DNA of 64,000 nt from IMG/VR virus record IMGVR_UViG_3300035698_023018, positions 2,648 through 66,647 of that record, one strand, 5' to 3'. The translations under genes were made by a program, and so were the position numbers. Shown one piece after another: positions 18,966 to 26,554 of this stretch. A model generated the notes under the pieces. It was not told the origin of the DNA. It searched no databases and saw only the letters and a list, made by a program, of their open reading frames with translations. Origin of the DNA: a virus. The stretch's first letter is position 1. Every line of letters begins with the position of its first letter.

Positions 18966-19208
18966 TTATTGTGCAGGAGGAAGTTTATCTTTGATTGCAG
19001 CCATTTTAGCCTCAATCGTCTCCGCTGCCTGAGTAATCGCCTCTTCAAGCGCGGCAGTAGTAGGCGTAATACCGAGCGCAGTTATTTCCGCGATGATTGT
19101 ATCCTTCTGTTGACGTAAAGAAGTCAACTTCGTCTCAGTACGGATTTTTTCTTCCTTAAGCGAAGTTACCCTCGCCTCTAATTGATTTAACTCTGCTTCA
19201 TTGGCCAC
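18966..19208 (-). CDS. small coiled-coil protein
   Basis: Heptad pattern, 80 aa. Confidence 0.55.
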   Translation of the reverse strand: MANEAELNQLEARVTSLKEEKIRTETKLTSLRQQKDTIIAEITALGITPTTAALEEAITQAAETIEAKMAAIKDKLPPAQ

Positions 19209-19875
19209 GATTACTACTCCTTAATAATGCTATAAACGCATCTTTTCCAACTTTAAGCATATAACTCGCCGGATCTTCCCCTGTAGGAAGATTCACGGCA
19301 ACGACTTGTACTTGTATATCATCTGGATATATCTCTTCAAGATATTTTCGTACTTTCAATTGCGCCTTCTGCCCCGCATCATCGGCATCGAATACAACAT
19401 ACACTTTTTGCGCATACCTCGACAAAATTCTAGCCACTGCAGGTTTAAATGCGACGCCTGAAGATGCTACCGCATTAAGTATCCCGTACTGCTGGAGAAT
19501 TAACGCATCCATTTGTCCTTCAACAAGAACAGCAACGCCAGTTTTAATGATTGCCATTTTTGCGAAATGATACAAATATAACAATCTACCTTTTTGGAAT
19601 TCAGCAGATTCCTTTACATTGACATACTTCGCGGGAGCATTAATTAACGTACGCCCGGTCCATCCCGCAGGATCACCAAAAGGGAAGTGAATGGGGAATA
19701 TTAACCGATCATGAAACCTATAACCTATCGTAGGATGAGAAGGAGCATACCCTAACTGGTACGTAAGAACAGACTCTTTAGATATCCCACGAGATTTCAC
19801 ATATGCTTTTACTTCAGGCGCAATTTTTAGTTGCTCATGATAGTAATCGATAGCCCGTTGAAGTTTACTCGACAT
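19198..19875 (-). CDS. DnaG-type primase catalytic core (TOPRIM), lacking the Zn-binding domain
   Basis: RLIFPI, GRT...KYVN, LVEGQMDAL, FDADDAG, DPA. Confidence 0.88.
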   Translation of the reverse strand: MSSKLQRAIDYYHEQLKIAPEVKAYVKSRGISKESVLTYQLGYAPSHPTIGYRFHDRLIFPIHFPFGDPAGWTGRTLINAPAKYVNVKESAEFQKGRLLYLYHFAKMAIIKTGVAVLVEGQMDALILQQYGILNAVASSGVAFKPAVARILSRYAQKVYVVFDADDAGQKAQLKVRKYLEEIYPDDIQVQVVAVNLPTGEDPASYMLKVGKDAFIALLRSSNRGQ

Positions 19876-20782
19876 ACTCCAAAGCCTTCATAATAACGTT
19901 CTCTGGATACTTACCTTTCTGGCCCATCATAGTGACTAATTCTTTGATATTCCCATATTCAATATCTCCTGACTTATCCTTCAACAATTGAATAAATACA
20001 TCAAGATCACCAAATACTTCTTCAGCCTTAACTTCTCTTGTTCCAAAAACATCGTCAGGTACATTAAGAGGAATAAATTCCCACGTTTCTTTACCTTGAA
20101 GACTAGTATCTACTATGATTATACCTGGAGGATACACACGTTGCACATTTTCAGTGCGACCTAATGCTCCTACATTGACAATAGTAGTATTTCCTACTTG
20201 TACCGGTTTAAATCCAGGATGATAATGACCACAAATAAGAAGGTCTGCTTCTGTTCTGATATCATTCACATTTGTATGTTTACCAAAACCCCACGGACCA
20301 TCTACAGTCATCCCATGGACAACTTCAACGAGATATGCAGTAGGATCTATTTTACCTCGATAATAATCCACTTCAGAATTTTCATCAAGATCATATGAAT
20401 GCGATATTCCAGCAATCTGCGTATTACGTCCAATTACAGTGGTTGCACCTAACAATGTCACAGTACTCGATGCAATTAACGTTCCTAATGCCGTACGATA
20501 TAGAGTATCATCATTATAACCAAATTTATCATGTGAACCTACAATACTATAAATAGGTATCTGCCAATACGTAAACATGTTCAGGTAACTATTAACTACA
20601 CTAGTTGAAGGGTCTGGTGAATCAAATAAATCACCGCCCATTAAAACTGTATCAATCCCACGATCTTCGATGATCTTAGAAATCTGTAAAAACTTCTCCC
20701 ACATTGCTACAGGATAATCATCTATTCTACTACGTGGCGTAGATGCTCGAATATGGGCATCAGTAAAGATTAACAGTTTCAT
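19865..20782 (-). CDS. SbcD/Mre11 metallophosphoesterase nuclease
   Basis: TDAH, GGDLFD, GSHD, HG, GHYH motifs. Confidence 0.88.
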   Translation of the reverse strand: MKLLIFTDAHIRASTPRSRIDDYPVAMWEKFLQISKIIEDRGIDTVLMGGDLFDSPDPSTSVVNSYLNMFTYWQIPIYSIVGSHDKFGYNDDTLYRTALGTLIASSTVTLLGATTVIGRNTQIAGISHSYDLDENSEVDYYRGKIDPTAYLVEVVHGMTVDGPWGFGKHTNVNDIRTEADLLICGHYHPGFKPVQVGNTTIVNVGALGRTENVQRVYPPGIIIVDTSLQGKETWEFIPLNVPDDVFGTREVKAEEVFGDLDVFIQLLKDKSGDIEYGNIKELVTMMGQKGKYPENVIMKALEYVE

Positions 20783-21069
20783 AATTTCTTACGGGTGGCT
20801 ACAGCCTTCGGAGAAAGACGCTTTATCGATTTTTCATGTGCAACGAATTCCTCTACAAGCGCAGGAAATTTGTGCTGTTCAAGTTTATTACGAATAATAA
20901 TGGACTGTTCTTCAAGAGTACTTACACGTGATTCTATATCAGACAAATCTGAGAGTATTCCTATTCGAGTTGAAGCAAATTTTGTAACTTCTACGTCTAA
21001 TTCAGTCATCTTGGCTACGAGGCGAACAATAATTTCGGGTGTATAAGGATTATCTGTGGAATCACTCAC
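20779..21069 (-). CDS. hypothetical coiled-coil protein
   Basis: 96-aa ORF between the SbcC N-half and SbcD. Confidence 0.5.
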   Translation of the reverse strand: MSDSTDNPYTPEIIVRLVAKMTELDVEVTKFASTRIGILSDLSDIESRVSTLEEQSIIIRNKLEQHKFPALVEEFVAHEKSIKRLSPKAVATRKKL

Positions 21070-21070
21070 A

Positions 21071-22171
21071 CTATTCTCCCATGTGATGTGTAGATTGTTT
21101 ACATAACGGACAAATCTGCATTGCGACTAACGTATCTGTCCACAATTTTTGAGCATTTGCAATATCAGGATCAACATCGACCATTTCTAACGTACTTATT
21201 TGAGTAGTAGTACTATCCAGCGCACCTTGCAACGCCTTTAGCTTATCTAATCTTTGAATATTTTCACGTAACGGACTATAATCAATATCTGTATCTATAT
21301 CAATTATCGGTATACTAACAATTTTCTGATCTACCTTAGTTAATCCTTCAGAAAGTGCCTTCAATTTTTCTGCTCGTTGAATACTTGCACGTATTTCTGG
21401 GAAGTCTGCCTCAATTTCCGGGAGACTATCTAGTATCTTACGTAAGTCTTGACCTTTCTTAACGGTTGACGTAAGTTGCGCATATACAACCTTCAATGCT
21501 TCTAGCGCAATTAGATCCTTTTCGACTACTTTCAATTCAGCGGCACACTCATCACATAACTTATGATCATTAGATGTATCTTCGGCACAATCAACTTTTC
21601 CTTGTAAGTCGTCTCTTTGGGCGTCTTTAGCAGTTAACTCGTGTCTTCCTGCGCGTATGTCTTTATTCACTGCAATAATACCGCGATCTAACACGTGTAA
21701 CCCTGAAATTCTTCCAAGTAACTTTGACCGAGTTCCAGCTGAACCTTTTGCCACCATAAAAGGTGTATCATGTTGATCAAAAAAATGAAGATCAATCTTT
21801 TCGCTGTTTTCGAGTTCAACTATAAACATTTCCAATGCCTGTTGAACTTCTTCAGGAATTTCTCGTCCAAATCCGCCAAACTCTTGATCATCTAAATAGT
21901 ACAGATTCTTTGACGGTGTAACTTGACGTACAATAACAGATTGTTGTCCTTCATCATCGATAATCGTTAAAGATATCTTCATTACTGAAGCGTCTTTATT
22001 GATAAAGTCTTTACCTGCTGGAATATCTCGTACTAGTTTACGGAGAGCACGTAGTATAGAAGACTTCCCTACATCAGATTCACCAATAATGGTGTTAAGA
22101 CCATCCGTGAATGTGACCGTAGTATCTTTATGCGCCTGAAAATTTTCTAAATGTAATTTATGAAATTTCAT
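21071..22171 (-). CDS. SbcC/Rad50 ATPase, N-terminal half ending in Zn-hook
   Basis: LENFQAH, Walker A GESDVGKS, Q-loop FDQ, coiled coil, terminal CPLC; start reassigned to 22171. Confidence 0.85.
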   Translation of the reverse strand: MKFHKLHLENFQAHKDTTVTFTDGLNTIIGESDVGKSSILRALRKLVRDIPAGKDFINKDASVMKISLTIIDDEGQQSVIVRQVTPSKNLYYLDDQEFGGFGREIPEEVQQALEMFIVELENSEKIDLHFFDQHDTPFMVAKGSAGTRSKLLGRISGLHVLDRGIIAVNKDIRAGRHELTAKDAQRDDLQGKVDCAEDTSNDHKLCDECAAELKVVEKDLIALEALKVVYAQLTSTVKKGQDLRKILDSLPEIEADFPEIRASIQRAEKLKALSEGLTKVDQKIVSIPIIDIDTDIDYSPLRENIQRLDKLKALQGALDSTTTQISTLEMVDVDPDIANAQKLWTDTLVAMQICPLCKQSTHHMGE

Positions 22172-22178
22172 AATTAAT

Positions 22179-22206
22179 GGGAAGGGAGCTTTTAAACTCC
22201 CTCCCT
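22179..22206 (-). terminator. stem-loop after the SSB-like gene (possible terminator or stabiliser)
   Basis: Minus strand GGGAGGGAG-TTTAAAAG-CTCCCTTCCC, weak U tail. Confidence 0.4.
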
Positions 22207-22234
22207 TCAATGAGCCCACTACCGTTAAGGGGTG

Positions 22235-22786
22235 TTAAAAGTCGAACTCCTCTCCAGCGTCCAGATCTTGAGGTGGTACAGTAGTGGCCGCGGCAGTAAC
22301 GGCAGGGGGTGCTGCTGCTGGCGGAGTCTGAACAATCGCCGTGGCCGCGGCAGGAACCGGAGCAGCTGTTGGAGGAGCGGCAGCAGGCTGTTGTAGGGAA
22401 GCATTATACGCAGCCAATGCCTTAACATTGGAATAGGTAATTTCATGATCCCGCCCATCCACAACAGACTTCTTAGTAGTATTCTCAACTTTGAGCTTCA
22501 CGCGCTGACCTAGCAAAGTATCCATTTCGAATTCTTCGCTCTCGCCCATGATGACTCCAAAGGCTTGCAGCCAAGCGAACATCTTGCTCTTCGGGGATAC
22601 TTTCGTACTAGTCATCCCAGTAATAGTGGAACCCACTACTTCCGGATGCTCACGTGATTCGATAATCGTGAAAGACCACTTAATGTTATCACCGTATTGC
22701 GCGTGAACGGTCGGTTCAAGACCATCTAATTGGCCAAGGTAAAAACCTTCGGGGACTGGTTTGTTGTCTTGGTACTTTACTTTCAT
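22235..22786 (-). CDS. single-stranded DNA-binding protein-like (DUF669-like OB fold)
   Basis: PEGFY...W.F.I N-domain, Pro/Ala linker, acidic-aromatic tail DAGEEFDF; lies between recA and sbcCD. Confidence 0.65.
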   Translation of the reverse strand: MKVKYQDNKPVPEGFYLGQLDGLEPTVHAQYGDNIKWSFTIIESREHPEVVGSTITGMTSTKVSPKSKMFAWLQAFGVIMGESEEFEMDTLLGQRVKLKVENTTKKSVVDGRDHEITYSNVKALAAYNASLQQPAAAPPTAAPVPAAATAIVQTPPAAAPPAVTAAATTVPPQDLDAGEEFDF

Positions 22787-22800
22787 CTTTCAATTCCTTC

Positions 22801-22865
22801 TTTAACGTTTACGTTTGTGTTTGCGTGTCTCGTTTGCATTTTTCGTTTTCGTTTTGCGTTTTCTC
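22801..22865 (-). repeat. A-rich (AAACG)n leader upstream of the SSB-like gene
   Basis: Six AAACG copies plus variants in about 65 nt of intergenic DNA. Confidence 0.7.
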
Positions 22866-22881
22866 CTTCATATTGTTATTG

Positions 22882-23532
22882 CTAGAACCCGGGATCTTTA
22901 AATGTATAACTATCTTCGTTACCATTTGATCCAACAGTTACGGATGGTCCCGTTCTTGTAGGTCTATCCGCGCGCTGAATCTCACCAATCTCAAGTTGTG
23001 TCTGGAACACAGTTATTTGTCTCGAAATATTTTTATTCGTACTATCAAGTTTCTCGAACTCATTACGCACAACTTTAGTAAACGTCTTCGCTTGTGAAAG
23101 CGATCCCTCAATAGCCGCTACAGCCATCTTCAGGTTGGCTAATAGTGAGTTACATGCACCTTCACGGAGTTCCTTGTTAGAAAAGTCCTTGACAGGTGAT
23201 ACAGGTAACCTTCTATCAAACTCCGCCTTATACAACGCAACGATCTTTTTATATAGTACATTAAGACCATCTTCATTAACGATTGCATTACTGTAGACCG
23301 AGGCCGCCCGGGTTTTTTGTGCATCCACTTTAGCAATTTGAACATTCAACATAGCAAGTGGCACCGTACCTGGATCGGGAGTTAACGGCACATGTTGTGC
23401 ATTCAACTCAGTGATCAATTTATCATACTCTAAAAGAGAATAGTTCGTATACGCTTCTAGGATACCTTCAGCTCCAGCTATCTCAGAAAGCTCAACTGGC
23501 GTTAAATCAACAGTTGTAGTCACTGTGGCCAT
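22882..23532 (-). CDS. hypothetical helical/coiled-coil protein
   Basis: 216-aa ORF between recA and ssb. Confidence 0.6.
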   Translation of the reverse strand: MATVTTTVDLTPVELSEIAGAEGILEAYTNYSLLEYDKLITELNAQHVPLTPDPGTVPLAMLNVQIAKVDAQKTRAASVYSNAIVNEDGLNVLYKKIVALYKAEFDRRLPVSPVKDFSNKELREGACNSLLANLKMAVAAIEGSLSQAKTFTKVVRNEFEKLDSTNKNISRQITVFQTQLEIGEIQRADRPTRTGPSVTVGSNGNEDSYTFKDPGF

Positions 23533-23831
23533 TAATCTTCCTCCGTATTCATAACTAATTCACGTTGTGTGAGTGACTTAATTAATTCTGTACTTTGCTT
23601 GCATGCCAAAGCAACGTCGTCATTCAAAGCAGTCAAAGTCATCTTACTGAGACCCGCACTTAACTTTTGAGCTACTTCTCGACCTTCAGGAGTTGTGATA
23701 TCGATCGGAGGGTCTACCTCAACCTCAATAGCCGTTGGACTAAACGTCCAACTACCGAATCCAAACGCAGATCCTACAGTCTTGCCGAATCCACCTTTAG
23801 TCATTTTAGTAATCAAAACTTTTCTACTCAT
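23532..23831 (-). CDS. hypothetical protein
   Basis: 99-aa ORF with AAGGAAAG RBS. Confidence 0.6.
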   Translation of the reverse strand: MSRKVLITKMTKGGFGKTVGSAFGFGSWTFSPTAIEVEVDPPIDITTPEGREVAQKLSAGLSKMTLTALNDDVALACKQSTELIKSLTQRELVMNTEED

Positions 23832-23852
23832 AAGTTCTTTCCTTAGTTACTT

Positions 23853-23883
23853 ATTATACACATATAATATCAAATCTGTGCAA
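23853..23883 (-). promoter_or_regulatory. possible sigma70-type promoter
   Basis: TTGCAC, 19-nt spacer, perfect TATAAT in an AT-rich gap after recA; spacer is suboptimal. Confidence 0.35.
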
Positions 23884-25014
23884 TTATTCTGTTACGTCAA
23901 GAACCGCATCTTTATCCTCGCCAGCAAACGTCGGAAAATCTTCAGGTTCTGGATCACTTCCATCTGCAGTAGACTCGCCTGCGGCAGTACCTACATACTT
24001 TTCAAGTAGAGACTTGTATACTTCTGTCTGAAACTCTTCATCCGCTAAAGCTTCCTTAATCGCGGCAACTGTATCAAATTCTAACTCTTTCTCGTCCAAG
24101 GTAAGTACATACTTCTGACCCTTCTTAATATACGCCTTTTGCGCTTTAAGAATGGTCATGATAGACTTTACGGTGTCCAACCCTTGAGTATAGTTAATGA
24201 AGAATTCGCCTTCACGTAATGGTGGTCCTAATTTGTTCTTCTTATTCTTTACCTGAACGGAATGTCCTACGACGTCACCATGCTCAGTTACCTGAGATTG
24301 CGGTTTCTTGTTCGCCCTAAATCTTAAGGCCGCATAAAATTTTAATGCCCGCCCACCAGGAGTACTTTCTGGCGAACCGAACAATACTCCAGGCTTCTCC
24401 CTAATCTGATTAATAAAAATGCAACACGGACCATCTTCAGGCAATGAACCCAAAGTAGCTACAATCTTTTGAATTCCTTTACTAGATGCCCGAGCTGCTT
24501 CAGCCATATACGATTTATCGATCGTTCCTTCAAGCTGTGCCCGTGGAACCATTGCCGCAAGAGAATCAACGATGATATAAGTATACGCGCCAGACCTAAT
24601 TGCCTCAACGATTACATCATAATTTTGCTCTGCAGTTAATCCCGCACTTACAATATCAAAGGTATCGAGGTCTACTCCAAGAGTCTTCAACCACTCTGTG
24701 GGTGTCCCTCCTTCAACATCGAAGTATAACGCAGTCGCGCCAAACATCTTTTGAGCATACGCAACTGCACATAAGGATAATAAAGATTTACCACTTGATT
24801 CGGGGCCATATAGCTCAACTACCCTACCCCTCGGGAAACCTCCACATCCTGTAGCTGCGTCGAAAGAGAAAATTCCTGTAGGAATAGCTTGTACTGCAGA
24901 TACTTCGGATGCTACTTTAACGGCGACGCCTTCTTTCTTATACTTCTCCTGAAAAGCGTCCTTAAATGCTTGACGACCTTTTATAATAACTGGAATCTTG
25001 TGTTCTTTTGCCAT
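23884..25014 (-). CDS. recA: RecA recombinase
   Basis: GGFPRGRVVELYGPESSGKS, IVDSLAAMVP, FINQIREK, PGGRALKFYA. Confidence 0.95.
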   Translation of the reverse strand: MAKEHKIPVIIKGRQAFKDAFQEKYKKEGVAVKVASEVSAVQAIPTGIFSFDAATGCGGFPRGRVVELYGPESSGKSLLSLCAVAYAQKMFGATALYFDVEGGTPTEWLKTLGVDLDTFDIVSAGLTAEQNYDVIVEAIRSGAYTYIIVDSLAAMVPRAQLEGTIDKSYMAEAARASSKGIQKIVATLGSLPEDGPCCIFINQIREKPGVLFGSPESTPGGRALKFYAALRFRANKKPQSQVTEHGDVVGHSVQVKNKKNKLGPPLREGEFFINYTQGLDTVKSIMTILKAQKAYIKKGQKYVLTLDEKELEFDTVAAIKEALADEEFQTEVYKSLLEKYVGTAAGESTADGSDPEPEDFPTFAGEDKDAVLDVTE

Positions 25015-25544
25015 TATTTTACCTCAGTAATCTGTACAGTTTTGCCACCATCTCCGTCGCTAACGATCACATTATATTTATTCATCATCGCGATTCTATC
25101 TATTGCATACCTTACTTGTTGATACTTTTTCCCCAATTTTCGTGCCAGCGCAGCAATTGTTTGAGGAGTACTGCAAAATGTAATCAAACCTTCTTCTACA
25201 CTTTCAGGAATTACTACTTCTTCCGGTGTCGCACATTCTACACAAATACCTTGATCTAACGCGGCATCAAATAATATCGCTTCTTTAGATATATGTGTAG
25301 TGAGAAGTTTAAATTCTTTACGTACTTCAACTTCTTGCGTCGCCGATAAAGGATAATCACTCGCAAGGGCACATAATGTTCCCCATGGCGTCTCTACAAC
25401 TACTTTTACACCATTCTTATGCACTACTCTAACTCGTTCGTACCCCCAACCAGTAGACGTATCATCTTGAACGATTGTTGCGAGACCGCCACGCGTAACG
25501 TAAATTTTACCTACCTCGATATCGTCAAATTTAACTACTGGCAT
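25014..25544 (-). CDS. hypothetical protein, possible C-terminal HTH
   Basis: TIAALARKLGKKYQQVRYAI. Confidence 0.5.
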   Translation of the reverse strand: MPVVKFDDIEVGKIYVTRGGLATIVQDDTSTGWGYERVRVVHKNGVKVVVETPWGTLCALASDYPLSATQEVEVRKEFKLLTTHISKEAILFDAALDQGICVECATPEEVVIPESVEEGLITFCSTPQTIAALARKLGKKYQQVRYAIDRIAMMNKYNVIVSDGDGGKTVQITEVK

Positions 25545-25549
25545 ATTAA

Positions 25550-26056
25550 TTATACCTTAATTACCTTAGGTGCGGGCGGAATAACGATATATCTATTGAT
25601 ATACGACGTAGGTACCCATACAAATAGATCCTTCTTACCATTAATATCTAGGATCTCTTCTTTAAATGGTTCGATAGGCTCAAGAAGAACCGAAAATTTT
25701 AACGTCGCAGCACGCGTACAAGGTACATTCAAAACTACAAGATATGCGATGTCGGCCCTATTAATATTTGCAGTAGGCACATCATGTACTTGTTTATAGA
25801 ATGTGTCCCATTTACGTTTGGGAATATGAATATACGGTTCAGGATATTCAGATTGTACAGTCCAGCACGCATTGCATGTTAATTCTAATCCAATATGCTG
25901 GCCATCGGTCGGACGATAGGCAAACATATCAATTGGGTCATACCTATCACCAAACTTATATTCTAAACCACATTGCACGCAATAACGCGCCACCGCGTCA
26001 CGAGCTACGCCATCGTCAAAATATGAGTCCGCTGTTCGTCGCACTACCAGAGACAT
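25550..26056 (-). CDS. hypothetical protein, possible degenerate PD-(D/E)xK fold
   Basis: PIDMF...IGLEL...W pattern; weak. Confidence 0.4.
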   Translation of the reverse strand: MSLVVRRTADSYFDDGVARDAVARYCVQCGLEYKFGDRYDPIDMFAYRPTDGQHIGLELTCNACWTVQSEYPEPYIHIPKRKWDTFYKQVHDVPTANINRADIAYLVVLNVPCTRAATLKFSVLLEPIEPFKEEILDINGKKDLFVWVPTSYINRYIVIPPAPKVIKV

Positions 26057-26405
26057 CTAAATCCTCATCTTCTGTAACTTCGTCGATTAAACTACTCATT
26101 TCAAAGAAATGCGTCATCTGTGTACTTATCTTCGTAGTATCCACAGTAAGATTCACTAAAGTTGTATCCATCTCGGCAGTCTTCAACAAGATTGATTGAA
26201 GTAGTCGTGTAAGAGATAGGAAATTATAATTAACCACCCTTAAAAATTGGAGGACATCTTCATTAGTAGCCGGCTCGGTATTTTCCCCGGTAATTTTTTT
26301 ATGCACTTTTCGCATATGATCGCGTAATTCTTTAGCCTCTCTTCCAATATCGTCATTGGTAGGAATATCGTCGTCATCTCCAAACGGAAACTTATCATTA
26401 CTCAT
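26016..26405 (-). CDS. hypothetical protein
   Basis: 129-aa ORF with AAGGAG RBS. Confidence 0.55.
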   Translation of the reverse strand: MSNDKFPFGDDDDIPTNDDIGREAKELRDHMRKVHKKITGENTEPATNEDVLQFLRVVNYNFLSLTRLLQSILLKTAEMDTTLVNLTVDTTKISTQMTHFFEMSSLIDEVTEDEDLDVSGSATNSGLIF

Positions 26406-26541
26406 TTTCTAACTCCTTCACTTTAGCCTTAAGCTCTACATTCATCTGACTCATACGAGTCGCATAAATCTTCCAACAAACAATGCAACCCGTCTTAGGT
26501 GGATATATCGCCTTATATTTCTTATGACTAGTACACATCAT
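26398..26541 (-). CDS. small Cys/His Zn-finger protein (47 aa)
   Basis: Manual translation MMCTSHKKYKAIYPPKTGCIVCWKIY...; fills the gap below polA. Confidence 0.55.
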   Translation of the reverse strand: MMCTSHKKYKAIYPPKTGCIVCWKIYATRMSQMNVELKAKVKELENE

Positions 26542-26554
26542 AATTACTACGGGA

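Noticed and set aside
22260-22400. GC-rich repetitive stretch and the overlapping 87-aa ORF 22225-22488
   Set aside because: Explained by the Pro/Ala-rich linker of the SSB-like protein; the alternate-frame ORF is a by-product.
22801-22865. Short repeats as a possible CRISPR array
   Set aside because: Units are 5-7 nt with no 25-40 nt repeat/spacer periodicity, and no cas genes are seen.
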